Assembly (NCBI GenBank): GCA_937893945.1
Contig: CALCTA010000087.1
Span: 1 to 52,630, forward strand
Length of the DNA: 52,630 bases
Direction: 5' to 3'
Origin: an uncultured Clostridia bacterium
GTDB taxonomy: Bacteria; Bacillota; Clostridia; Oscillospirales; CAG-272
The notes below the pieces were generated by a model. That model made no database searches, was not told the origin of the DNA, and saw nothing but the letters and a program-made list of their open reading frames with translations. Position numbers and translations under genes: made by a program. Of this stretch, positions 1 through 9,564 are shown piece by piece (positions within the stretch are counted from its first letter, which is position 1; each line of letters opens with the position of its first letter).

Positions 1-2
1 GC

Positions 3-659
3 TGCGCCGAGGGCACGACCCCCGAGGTCTGCCCCACCTGCCGCGGTACGGGCAATGTGCAGGTGCGCCGTCAGACCCCCATGGGCGTGTTTGCCACCAC
101 CTCCCCTTGTACCAAGTGCGGCGGCACGGGTAAAATTATCCATCAGCCCTGCTCCGATTGCCGCGGTACCGGAAGTGTGCGGAAACGCAAGACCATCAAG
201 GCCAGCATTCCTGCCGGTATTGATAACGGCCAGACCATTTCCATCCGCGGTCAGGGCCATGCAGGCAAGAACGGCGGTCCCGCAGGTGACGTTTTCGTTA
301 TGGTAAGTGTTCGCAGAAGCAATACCTTCAAGAGAGAAGGCTACAACCTTTTCTGCGAGGTGCCTATCTCTATTTCAGAAGCGACTCTTGGCGCAGAGAT
401 AGAGATACCCACCCTTGAAGGAAACGAGAAGTTCACTATTCCCGAGGGAACGCAGACGGGTACAAGCTTCACTCTGCGCGGAAAGGGCGTTCCTATGGTC
501 AACTCAACCCGTCGCGGAGATCTTGTATTCCGTGTTGTTGTTGAAACACCTAAGGGACTTAACGAAAAGCAGAAAGAGCTTCTCCGCGAGTTTGCCAAGG
601 CGTGCGGCGAAAGCAATTACGCTAAGAAAAAGAGCTTTTTGAAGAAGGATAAAAAGTAA
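3..659 (+). CDS. dnaJ: Molecular chaperone DnaJ, C-terminal part (5' end outside the window)
   Basis: Frame 3 is open from the window edge. The translation shows three CxxCxGxG zinc-finger repeats (CPTCRGTG, CTKCGGTG, CSDCRGTG) followed by DnaJ C-terminal domains. Stop TAA at 657-659. The start at 57 in the ORF track is internal. Confidence 0.93.
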   Translation, partial: CAEGTTPEVCPTCRGTGNVQVRRQTPMGVFATTSPCTKCGGTGKIIHQPCSDCRGTGSVRKRKTIKASIPAGIDNGQTISIRGQGHAGKNGGPAGDVFVMVSVRRSNTFKREGYNLFCEVPISISEATLGAEIEIPTLEGNEKFTIPEGTQTGTSFTLRGKGVPMVNSTRRGDLVFRVVVETPKGLNEKQKELLREFAKACGESNYAKKKSFLKKDKK

Positions 660-660
660 T

Positions 661-1626
661 ATGACAGAAAACATTGATGAAGATTACCTCTGCGGCGACT
701 TTGGCGAGGTGACGGAATGGTTGCAGATAAAGGTTACCGTTCCTACCGAAAGACTTGACGATTTGGTGGCGCTTATGAGTGTAATAGATAGCAATCTGCT
801 TATCGACGATCTCAGCGACATTGATCTTAAGACCTGCTACGGAGACCTTATAGACGAAAAGATACTCAACGCCGATAAATCGCACGCGTCGGTATCCTAT
901 TTCGTTCCCAAGGACGCGAATATTGCCGACGATATGGCGTTTTTACGCGAAAGACTTGCCGAGAGCCGATTTGATGACGTGAAAACCGAGGTCATCGGAC
1001 TTTGTGAAGAGGATTGGGCTAATTCATGGAAGGAATTTTATAAACCCTTCAAGATCGGCAAGATCGTAATAGTTCCCGCTTGGGAGAAATATGAGGCTGA
1101 GGACGGAGAGATAATAGTGACTATGGATCCGGGTATGGCGTTCGGAACGGGAACTCACGAGACTACAAGACTTGTCATAAAGCTTCTTGAAAAATACGTA
1201 AAGGACGGAGCTCGAGTCGCTGACGTCGGATGCGGAAGCGGAATTCTTGCTATCTGCGCGTCAAAGCTTGGCGCAGGCGAGTGTAAAGCATATGATATTG
1301 ATCCCGTTGCGGTAAAGGTAGCAAACGAGAACATAAAGGATAGCGGTCTTTCTAACGTTACCTGTGAGGTCTCCGACCTTCTTAAGCAGGTAGATAGAAG
1401 CGGCGGTACTTACGACGTTATCTGTGCTAATATAGTTGCGGATATTATCATAAGAATGATGCCTGACGTAGGCGCACTTATGGATGAAAATTCGGTAATT
1501 CTCGCATCGGGAATCATAGTTGAGCGAAGCGATGACGTAATATCGGGCTTCCTACAGCATGGCTTTAAGATAGTAGAACGTATCGACGAAAACGGTTGGT
1601 GCGCACTTGCTGTTATGAAGAAATAA
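661..1626 (+). CDS. prmA: Ribosomal protein L11 methyltransferase
   Basis: 321 aa. PrmA hallmark MDPGMAFGTGTHETT and SAM-binding VADVGCGSGILAI. Classical dnaJ-prmA synteny. Confidence 0.92.
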   Translation: MTENIDEDYLCGDFGEVTEWLQIKVTVPTERLDDLVALMSVIDSNLLIDDLSDIDLKTCYGDLIDEKILNADKSHASVSYFVPKDANIADDMAFLRERLAESRFDDVKTEVIGLCEEDWANSWKEFYKPFKIGKIVIVPAWEKYEAEDGEIIVTMDPGMAFGTGTHETTRLVIKLLEKYVKDGARVADVGCGSGILAICASKLGAGECKAYDIDPVAVKVANENIKDSGLSNVTCEVSDLLKQVDRSGGTYDVICANIVADIIIRMMPDVGALMDENSVILASGIIVERSDDVISGFLQHGFKIVERIDENGWCALAVMKK

Positions 1627-1649
1627 AAAGGGGCAGAAGCCCCTTTTTT
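1626..1649. terminator. Bidirectional intrinsic terminator between prmA (+) and the DUF11 gene (-)
   Basis: AAAAAGGGGC-AGAA-GCCCCTTTTTT: a GC-rich hairpin flanked by an A-run and a T-run, sitting between convergent stop codons. Confidence 0.8.
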
Positions 1650-1652
1650 ATT

Positions 1653-2516
1653 TTATATCTGTCCTGTTATGACGTATTCTACCATACCGGGAGTAACGCT
1701 TACTATACCCGTAGCGACATCACGAGTAAAGGTAGCCGCGGGAACGCTTACGGGTGTTCCTGTGCCTACGGGAGTTGTGAGAGTACCGCCAACGTAGGAA
1801 TACTCATTGCCACCAAGCAGAACGCCATCCTTTGATACGGTTATACTGTCAGGCGCAGGATTAAAGTTATCTGTCAGAACTACGTTCTCTGCAGGAATAT
1901 TGCCGTAATTGTAGATGCGAATGGTGTAGGTTACAGTGTCTCCGCATACTACTGGATTGGGAGCCATCTGCTTGAATACGCTTACGTTAGCCGCGGATTC
2001 AGCAGTTACGGTAGCGCTTGCGCTTCCGTCGGCACAGTCTGAATCACTTGTGAGAGTGGCTGTGTTAACAATAGCCGAGTTAAGATCAAGAGGTGCGAAC
2101 TCATTGACCGATGCTCTGTAAACTATATTGGCAGTAGCACCCGCGGGCAGAGAGGGGAAGCTGAATATAAGACTGCCGGGCGTAGTATCATTGACTGTAA
2201 GCTGCGAGCTTACGTCCTGACCGTCTATAAGCAGAAGCGCGGGAGCGGTATATGCGAGAGGAGTCAGCTCCATAGTTCCAAAGGTGAAGCTGCCAAGATC
2301 GTCGGTAATGCTTACGTTTGCAATAGCAGAAGCAGAGGTGTTGGTTATGCTGAGGATATAGGTTATCACAGAATCCTCACCGTAGGTGTCTCCAAGCGTG
2401 GTCTTGGTGAAGCTTACCGCAGACTCAAGACCTATCTCAGCAAGATTTGACACCTTAGTTTCGGTAACGCCACCCGAGGTGTAGCTGACGGTGGCGAAAT
2501 TTTCTATCGTTGCCAT
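1653..2516 (-). CDS. Protein with two DUF11 / conserved-repeat (TIGR01451-like) domains and no recognisable signal peptide
   Basis: 287 aa, Thr/Ser/Val-rich beta-type composition. Two segments have the typical DUF11 signature (ITYILSITNTSASAIANVSITDDLG and DTVTYTIRIYNYGNIPAENVVLTDNFNP). The N-terminus MATIENFATVSYTSGG has no hydrophobic leader. RBS AGGAGA precedes the ATG. Confidence 0.7.
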   Translation of the reverse strand: MATIENFATVSYTSGGVTETKVSNLAEIGLESAVSFTKTTLGDTYGEDSVITYILSITNTSASAIANVSITDDLGSFTFGTMELTPLAYTAPALLLIDGQDVSSQLTVNDTTPGSLIFSFPSLPAGATANIVYRASVNEFAPLDLNSAIVNTATLTSDSDCADGSASATVTAESAANVSVFKQMAPNPVVCGDTVTYTIRIYNYGNIPAENVVLTDNFNPAPDSITVSKDGVLLGGNEYSYVGGTLTTPVGTGTPVSVPAATFTRDVATGIVSVTPGMVEYVITGQI

Positions 2517-2538
2517 AATATTCTCCTGTTAAAAATTA

Positions 2539-2570
2539 AGGCACTCAAGGTTTTACGTCCTTGAGTGCCT
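2539..2570 (-). terminator. Hairpin downstream of addA (12-bp perfect stem, 8-nt loop)
   Basis: AGGCACTCAAGG (2539-2550) pairs perfectly with CCTTGAGTGCCT (2559-2570). On the minus strand it is followed by TAATTTTTAA. It lies 46 nt after the addA stop and 23 nt before the DUF11 start codon. Confidence 0.6.
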
Positions 2571-2615
2571 CGTTATTATAATATGTTGTAGAGAAGAAAT
2601 TCGACAACGCTTTGT

Positions 2616-5600
2616 TTAAAATTGGGGCGTTATCTCAAAAAGCCTTGCGGCGTGAGTGGAATAGACAGAAACACGAGAGCACTTTCTTCCAAAGAGAAGC
2701 TCAACTGCCTTCGCATAGTAGGTCAGCTGCAGGCCGTGAGCCTCGTTCATACGCTTTGCGGCAAGTGTCTCGTTTGCAAGCTCGGCTTTGCTCAGTCTGT
2801 CGGTCTTGTAATCAAAGAGCGACACACTTCCGTCCTCATCGATGAGGATAAGGTCGATAACCCCCTGAACCGCAAGCTTATCGTCCTCCATCATAGAGAG
2901 AAGCTCCTCGTCAGAGGTAAAGCCCTTGGCAGAAAGCTCAACGTTAAATCTCTGCTCGCGAATAACAGATCTCGCTGATAGAATAAGGTCAATAAGCTCG
3001 CTTCTCATAAAGGCGTCAAGCTCGTTCTTATATATCAGCTCAGAAGCACCTTCGGGCAGGAATTTTTTCTCAAGGAGACGGGAAAGCTCCTCGTCAGTCC
3101 CGTTTCTATGCGCATTCTCAAAGTCGCAGAACTGCAAGAAAAGATGAGTTGCCGTTCCTCGCTCAGCACCGCTTACGCGAGTAGGCGCGCCCTCGGTAAA
3201 GAACGCGGGGATCTCTGCCTTTTCTATAGTCTCGTCATAGAGGGTAGCAGAGCTATCATTCTCATCAAGAACGTCGGGATAAAGGCGAGATACAGAAAGC
3301 TTAGAGGGCACTCGGCAAAGAGGGGCGTACTTGTATTTAAAGGCAAATTCCTTTTTCAAACGTTCCGTAAGCTCGGCATCAGCCTCAGCCGATACCTTTT
3401 CTTCCTTGACAGACGCCTTTTCGTCGCAAAGAGGGATATCGTTATAGGGAATTATCTCAAGATCGTACGAAGAATTATCCTTACCGTTCATGGCGAGGAA
3501 TACCCAATCAAGATAGGACGAGCATTTCTGCATGATGGTATATCTGTCGGGGAACGAGGCGTTTGCTCTTGCGCTTGCAAAAAATCCGTCAAGATTTGCG
3601 CCCGAGGAAGCCGTAAGATAAAGTCTTTCTCTCGCTCTCGTAAGCGCAACGTAAAGCACTCGCATCTCTTCTTCCATCTGTTTGTTTGACGTCCTTGCAA
3701 GGATCGCCTCGCGCATCGGAGTGTTTATGCGCGCAAGACCGCCTTGCTCGGATATCTTAAGAGCTATTCCAGAAGGGTATTCAAATACAAGACTTTCTCG
3801 GCTATCCTTAGAGCGAACTGACGCCTTGGTATTGACTATAAAGCAAACGGGGAACTCAAGTCCCTTTGATTTATGAATAGTCATCAGCGAAACTCTATCA
3901 GAGGATACGCCCTTAGGATCGCTCGGGAGCTTTCCTCCGTCCTCGATCAGTGAATTAAGATATTCAATAAACTGATACAATCCCTTAAAGCTTCCGTTTT
4001 CAAATTTTCTCGCGTATTCATAGAGCATAAGGAGATTACCGCCCTCGCCCTTGCTGTTTGTCTGAGAAACTAAGCCTGAAGCGATAAAGCGCTCGGACTC
4101 AAAGAGCATACGGATAAATCTATCAACCGATAGAGCTGCCGCGTCCTTTTGCCAAGTGTCAAGCGTGCTGATAAAATCGCGGCACTTGCTCGCAAGCGGC
4201 TCTGCGCCTTCAGCGGCATAGTCCTTGAGAGCACCAAAGAGTGATGCACCGTCGTCTGTAAAGTGGCGTATTCTGATAAGCTCGTCCATATCAAAACTGA
4301 AGATAGGAGAGCGCAGCGCGCCCGCAAGATAAATATCTCTTTCGGGATTGTCAATAGCGTTGAGGATACACAGCATCATCAGTACGTCGGGATCCTCAAA
4401 ATATCTCTCACCGTCAGACTCAGAGCAGAGAATTCCTCGCTTCTCGAGAGCGGCATGGATGATCGGAGAAAAGCTCTTTGCCCTGAACAGTACAGCTATG
4501 TCGCCGGGGCAGATCGGCTCTCCGTTTGCCTTCCTCTCGTTTTTTATCAGTCTTGCTATCTCAGAAGCTATGTATTCGGATTCACGCTCGGCACCTTTAA
4601 GATCGTCGTTATCATCATCCTCGTCGTTCTCCGAGGGGGTTATTATAGCTATCTTGACCTTAGGAGACTGGTATTCCTCGTAAGGAAGCGGCTTTGAAAA
4701 TCCAAGGTCATCATTCTTTGTATATCCGATAGTGTCCGCACAGGCAGAAAATATGACAGAGCAGACGTCGTTAGTGAATTTGATAACGTTAGAGTCGCAT
4801 CTGAAGTTATCCGACATAAATATCGTTGCATTATCCGAAATCTCAGCCTCACTTGATTCAATGGACGGAAAAGCACGTCTGTATTCGGCGAAAAGCCTCG
4901 GCTCTGCGCCACGGAATCCGTAGATGCTCTGCTTGATATCACCAACCATAAATCTGTTGTCGGGACGTGAAATAGAGCGGAAAATCAGGTCCTGAAGCAT
5001 ATCAACGTCCTGATATTCGTCAATATATATGTCGGTATATTGCTCTGCGTATTTTCTCGCCACGTCAGTAGGAGTGCCGTCCTCGGATACAAGCAGTTTC
5101 ATAGTAGCTCTCGAAACGTCATCAAAGGTAACTAAGGAAAGGCGGTTCTTTTCCTCGGTGATCTTCTCTTCAAACATCGAAAGAAGCTCATAGAGAATAA
5201 AAAGATTTTTGGCGGTATCCTTCATCGCTCTCCGGATGCTTTCAAGAGGCTTAGAAAAGCTCTTCTCACGAAGCGAGGTCAACTTTTTAGTGAAGACCGA
5301 ACGCATATTTTTGTAGCCGACAGAGGTCTCACTGGCATTTGCTGCTGAAAGCTTGCCAAGAGGAATAGCAGAATAGTTTTCAAGCAATGCTTTCGTTTCG
5401 GAATATCCGTTGTTTTGGTCGAGTACAGCGACGCGAAGCCTGTCGCAGTAGTCAAGGTCGTAGGCGAACGAAGCGCCGTACGCCTTTTCCATAGGCGCAT
5501 CTGTCTGCATATATTCCATAGCAGACTTAAAAACGAGATAATAATGCTCGAACATATCCGACGCGTTATTTCTTTGTATCTCGCCGTAAGAGGTGGCAAA

Positions 5601-6218
5601 GAAATCAAGCGAAGCTTGGTCTTCGGTACGCATAGCACAGTCCTTTACGTATCCGATACCCTCAGGCAATGATGAAAGATCAGAATGAAGCTTCAGGAAT
5701 ACCTCGTGCACGTTTCTGACCGAGCGGACAGAGCTGAAGCATTCAATAAATGCGGGGAAGTCGGGCTCTTTACTGTAAAGAGCGTCTATGCACTCGCACA
5801 TTATTCTTTTTGAAAGAATATCATACTCAGATTCGTCAACTATTCTGAATCCTGCGGAAAGCCCGAGCGTAGAAAAATTAGCGCGGACTATATCGAGATA
5901 AAATGAGTCAATAGTGCATATCTTGGCGCTTCCTATCTTCATAAGCTGAGAAGCAAGATGCTTGCTTGAGGGATCCTTGGCAAGCGCATCTCCAAGTGCC
6001 GAGAATATCCTTGTCTTGAGCTCAGCGGCGGCGGATCGCGTAAAGGTAACGATAAGCATTTTGGATATGTCGGCAGGATCAGAGACGTCGGTAATGCGCC
6101 GTATTATTCTTTCGGTGAGAGTAGCGGTCTTGCCCGAGCCTGCGGCGGCACTGACGAGAAGAGTCTTACCGCGTGTGTTCATGGCTTTTAGTTGGGCATC
6201 AGTCCATTTTCTTTCCAT
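2616..6218 (-). CDS. addA: ATP-dependent helicase/nuclease AddA
   Basis: 1200 aa. UvrD-type Walker A (AAAGSGKTATL). C-terminal RecB-family nuclease motif (IDLILIDEDGSVSLFDYKTD). AGGAGG RBS. Lies directly downstream of addB. Confidence 0.93.
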   Translation of the reverse strand: MERKWTDAQLKAMNTRGKTLLVSAAAGSGKTATLTERIIRRITDVSDPADISKMLIVTFTRSAAAELKTRIFSALGDALAKDPSSKHLASQLMKIGSAKICTIDSFYLDIVRANFSTLGLSAGFRIVDESEYDILSKRIMCECIDALYSKEPDFPAFIECFSSVRSVRNVHEVFLKLHSDLSSLPEGIGYVKDCAMRTEDQASLDFFATSYGEIQRNNASDMFEHYYLVFKSAMEYMQTDAPMEKAYGASFAYDLDYCDRLRVAVLDQNNGYSETKALLENYSAIPLGKLSAANASETSVGYKNMRSVFTKKLTSLREKSFSKPLESIRRAMKDTAKNLFILYELLSMFEEKITEEKNRLSLVTFDDVSRATMKLLVSEDGTPTDVARKYAEQYTDIYIDEYQDVDMLQDLIFRSISRPDNRFMVGDIKQSIYGFRGAEPRLFAEYRRAFPSIESSEAEISDNATIFMSDNFRCDSNVIKFTNDVCSVIFSACADTIGYTKNDDLGFSKPLPYEEYQSPKVKIAIITPSENDEDDDNDDLKGAERESEYIASEIARLIKNERKANGEPICPGDIAVLFRAKSFSPIIHAALEKRGILCSESDGERYFEDPDVLMMLCILNAIDNPERDIYLAGALRSPIFSFDMDELIRIRHFTDDGASLFGALKDYAAEGAEPLASKCRDFISTLDTWQKDAAALSVDRFIRMLFESERFIASGLVSQTNSKGEGGNLLMLYEYARKFENGSFKGLYQFIEYLNSLIEDGGKLPSDPKGVSSDRVSLMTIHKSKGLEFPVCFIVNTKASVRSKDSRESLVFEYPSGIALKISEQGGLARINTPMREAILARTSNKQMEEEMRVLYVALTRARERLYLTASSGANLDGFFASARANASFPDRYTIMQKCSSYLDWVFLAMNGKDNSSYDLEIIPYNDIPLCDEKASVKEEKVSAEADAELTERLKKEFAFKYKYAPLCRVPSKLSVSRLYPDVLDENDSSATLYDETIEKAEIPAFFTEGAPTRVSGAERGTATHLFLQFCDFENAHRNGTDEELSRLLEKKFLPEGASELIYKNELDAFMRSELIDLILSARSVIREQRFNVELSAKGFTSDEELLSMMEDDKLAVQGVIDLILIDEDGSVSLFDYKTDRLSKAELANETLAAKRMNEAHGLQLTYYAKAVELLFGRKCSRVSVYSTHAARLFEITPQF

Positions 6219-6230
6219 TTGCTCTCCTCC

Positions 6231-9200
6231 TTAAAAATCTTCGCCGTCGCCACGGTCTGTTCTTCGGCATATCGGTCGAGCCTGACAGTAATCACAGGGA
6301 AGTGATCTCTTGTGCTTCAAGGGTGTAGCATCAGCATTGCCCGCGCGAAGCTCGGAGGCTATCTTGCGAATTACAGCTTCAAGCTTGTCGTAGGTCTCGG
6401 CAAATTTCTCGCCGCTTGCGGCGGCAGAGCCCTCGTAAAGACCACTCTTGGCATTCTTTTTTATTCCAGCAAGGAATTTTGCGTCAAGCTCGCTGTTCAT
6501 AGCCACAAGCACGTCCTCATCGCTAAGCAACAATCCCGAGCGTTCAAGCTTTGAAGCCGCCTTGCTTATTATTTTTGCGGCGTCGCTGTAATCATCAGCT
6601 TCAACTACGGGAATATTTGCGGAGAGATATACTACGCCCGCAGGGAGCGTATCTCCACCGTCCTCAACACCAAGTGATCGCTTGAAATCAGCAGAATTAG
6701 TGCGGCAAAGTGTAAACAGATACAAAAGCATCTGCGTGTTTATCCCTTTGTCAATGTCCGCGAGATTGAAGTTTTTCGTTCCCGTCTTGTAATCCACTAC
6801 GCGTACGTAAACGTCAGCGCCCTTCTTATAGATATCAACACGGTCAATAATACCCGAGAAGGATATAGTTGAATTATCCTCAAGCTTGAATACGAGCGGA
6901 GAGGGAGCGCCGCCTATACCGTTTGCCTTAAGCTCAAAAAAGGCGGGGCGGAAGCTGCTCTTTGAGAATTCCTCAACGATATTTCCGACGAGCAGTAGTG
7001 AGAGAGTGCGCAAGCGTCTGTAAAGATGCGCCATTCGCTTGGAGTCAATAAGATGCGGCGGCGAGATACGGTTTACGTACTCGGAGATAGCCTTATCGGT
7101 CATCTCTATCAAAGTCTCCTCATCGGGCATTGGGGCGCTTGGGTCGTTGGGGATAGCGTTTTTCAAAAGTGTCTCAAGAACGAAATGTACAAAGGTTCCT
7201 ATGTCGTTTAAATTAAACTCTGCGTTTACCTTTTCTCTTAGCTTGAGAACGTAAGAGCAGTAATAGCTGAACGGACAGCGCGCGTATTTTTCAAAAGAGG
7301 ATGCCGAAAAATGAATGTTCGCGCCGAGCGCATCACCTACGCTGCTTGATGATACTCTACATTCCTGTGCTTTAGCTGATGAAGAAAGTGAGGAAGAGAT
7401 GTTCGGCACGTAGTCCTCAAGGGCACACGCGAGAGAGGCTCTTTTAGATTCGTCCTCTATAGCACGCCAAAAGCCCACTGCATTCTTGGGCGCAGGGACA
7501 AGATAGTCAAAATCGTCGCTTCTGTATGTATGCGCTATCTTATCGCCAAACAAAGCCTTAACTCTGTTAAAAGCGAGCGAGCTGAATCTTTCGGCGCCAT
7601 TTATCTCTGCGGTGTGAGTGAAAAGGAACAGCTTGTCAGAGGGAACAGAAAAGGCACGCTGAACGAACATAAGCTCATCAGACGAGCGAGAATCAACGTC
7701 GCCCGAAAGCTCAATGTCAAGATCAGCAAGAATAGCGCGATCTCCCTCTGAGAAAACGCCGTTATCGTTTACAGCGGCAGGAAATTCACCCTCGCAAAGC
7801 CCCATTATCAAGGCATATCTGACGCCTGAGGCACGGAAGGTAGATGCGGAACCTATAGCAACCTCGTCAATAGAGGTGGGTATGCTTCCTATATCGGTCT
7901 TGTCGAATATAGTTTTAAGTATAAGCGTAAGCTCCTCGCAGTCTGCCTCCTCGTCTCCTATCGCCTCAGCGACGCTTGCGAGAGTAGAAAGCATGACACC
8001 GTATATTCTTGAAAGCTCACGCGCTTGCTTTATATCTCCACGCTCTGCCGCCTTTTTTGAAAGCTCGGCAAGCTTGTCCTCAAGAGATACATCAAGCATA
8101 TATTTGTAGAGCGCACGACAAGCATCCGCAACATTTTCCGCGGCATCAAGCAGAACGAAAAGTTTGAGTAGCGGCGCGGTGAGTGCTTCTCTTACGCGAT
8201 TTGCTGCTTCAAGAATATTCATAGCTCGAGGAGAGAGCTTGTCTGTAAATCCGTCGGGATTCATAGTCCACTCACCAAGCAGAAATTGCTCGCCGTGTAT
8301 GCCCCAGGTGTTTACGTATTCTTCAAACAGGTCTGCATCTGTAGCGTCTATGCCGCAGAGACCTGTTTTAAGATAGGAAATAACGTCTCCTGTACGCCAA
8401 TTATAGCGCTTTATTCGGAGAGCGGAAAGTATAAATTTGACCGAAGGCATTGAGCAAAGGTCGCTCTTTTCAGAGAAGAAAAAGGGAATACCGCTCTTCT
8501 CTAAGGCAGGCTCTATAATTCCACGGTATTTTTCGGCGTCTCGCATAATTATAGCTATCTCGCGGCAACGCGCGCCGTTTTTGAGTAGCTTGAGAATATG
8601 TGCCGCCATAGCCTCTGCTTCAGCATAAGGATTGGGACATACCTCACAGATAATGCTTTCCGAAGGATCGGGAGGGGTGGAATTCTTTTCGTTTTTCTCC
8701 ATTCTCCAGAGATTTTTGGAGAGATATGCGAGAGCTTCAGAAGAGGCTCTCATATTTGCCGCAAGCAAAGTCTCCTTAGCGCCACCATATCTGTCGGCAG
8801 AGCGTCTGAGCTTCTGAAGTGAGCGCGATATGCTTTCTTCGCTAATCTCACGCTCTCCGAGAGAAGCCAAGGGAAGCGTAATAGTAGTATTGTCGGCACT
8901 ACCGAATATAAGCTCGATTATCTGATGCTCTACTGCAGTAAATGAAGTAAAGGAATCAATATATACGTTAGCACCCTCGAAGAAAGAATGTTCTTTAAGT
9001 ATATCGCGAAGTCTTGACAGATCATCAGAGGAATCACTGTACTTTTCTGAAACAAAATTGTCAAAGCAGGAATATATAAGCGAGAGATCCGAGAGCCTTC
9101 GCGCAAGCGCAGAGTCAGAGGGAAGCTTCTTTGATGCGTTTTCAAGCGCGGATGAGTTAACCCCCGCCGCCTTCAGCTCGCCAAGAGCCGAAAGCATCAG

Positions 9201-9548
9201 ATCAGTCAAGGCAGGATCGGAGTCATTCTTATATTCCACAAGTAAAGGAGAAAGATCACGCAGAGTTTTCCACATAAGAAGCGAACGCATGGGCTTTGTG
9301 AGATAGGAATAAGAAAGTCCGCCGTAGGCTCTGCAAACTCTGTTGTAAAGTCTTGAGAAGCCCAAAATTTCAAGCCTTAGCTGAGCATTATTAGGCAGAG
9401 TCGAAAGAGACAAGCGCTCAAAGCTCAACGCTTCCTGATCGGGAACTATAAGAAAGCATTTTTTACCCTTTTCGGTATCATCAGCTATTTTTTGCATGAT
9501 ACGAGCGGTCTTTCCGCTTCCGTAAGCTCCGTAAATAAATTCTATCAT
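6231..9548 (-). CDS. addB: ATP-dependent helicase/deoxyribonuclease AddB
   Basis: 1105 aa. N-terminal GAYGSGKT. C-terminal nuclease motif (VVDYKTG). Cysteines typical of the AddB Fe-S staple (CPFSYYC ... CDYCQARPIC). Confidence 0.92.
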   Translation of the reverse strand: MIEFIYGAYGSGKTARIMQKIADDTEKGKKCFLIVPDQEALSFERLSLSTLPNNAQLRLEILGFSRLYNRVCRAYGGLSYSYLTKPMRSLLMWKTLRDLSPLLVEYKNDSDPALTDLMLSALGELKAAGVNSSALENASKKLPSDSALARRLSDLSLIYSCFDNFVSEKYSDSSDDLSRLRDILKEHSFFEGANVYIDSFTSFTAVEHQIIELIFGSADNTTITLPLASLGEREISEESISRSLQKLRRSADRYGGAKETLLAANMRASSEALAYLSKNLWRMEKNEKNSTPPDPSESIICEVCPNPYAEAEAMAAHILKLLKNGARCREIAIIMRDAEKYRGIIEPALEKSGIPFFFSEKSDLCSMPSVKFILSALRIKRYNWRTGDVISYLKTGLCGIDATDADLFEEYVNTWGIHGEQFLLGEWTMNPDGFTDKLSPRAMNILEAANRVREALTAPLLKLFVLLDAAENVADACRALYKYMLDVSLEDKLAELSKKAAERGDIKQARELSRIYGVMLSTLASVAEAIGDEEADCEELTLILKTIFDKTDIGSIPTSIDEVAIGSASTFRASGVRYALIMGLCEGEFPAAVNDNGVFSEGDRAILADLDIELSGDVDSRSSDELMFVQRAFSVPSDKLFLFTHTAEINGAERFSSLAFNRVKALFGDKIAHTYRSDDFDYLVPAPKNAVGFWRAIEDESKRASLACALEDYVPNISSSLSSSAKAQECRVSSSSVGDALGANIHFSASSFEKYARCPFSYYCSYVLKLREKVNAEFNLNDIGTFVHFVLETLLKNAIPNDPSAPMPDEETLIEMTDKAISEYVNRISPPHLIDSKRMAHLYRRLRTLSLLLVGNIVEEFSKSSFRPAFFELKANGIGGAPSPLVFKLEDNSTISFSGIIDRVDIYKKGADVYVRVVDYKTGTKNFNLADIDKGINTQMLLYLFTLCRTNSADFKRSLGVEDGGDTLPAGVVYLSANIPVVEADDYSDAAKIISKAASKLERSGLLLSDEDVLVAMNSELDAKFLAGIKKNAKSGLYEGSAAASGEKFAETYDKLEAVIRKIASELRAGNADATPLKHKRSLPCDYCQARPICRRTDRGDGEDF

Positions 9549-9564
9549 TATGACCTCTGAAAAA

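Noticed and set aside
55-306. An 83-aa alternative-frame ORF, plus other small overlapping ORFs inside dnaJ.
   Set aside because: It overlaps the DnaJ zinc-finger coding frame, which is unambiguous, and its Pro/Ala-rich translation is typical of an off-frame read.
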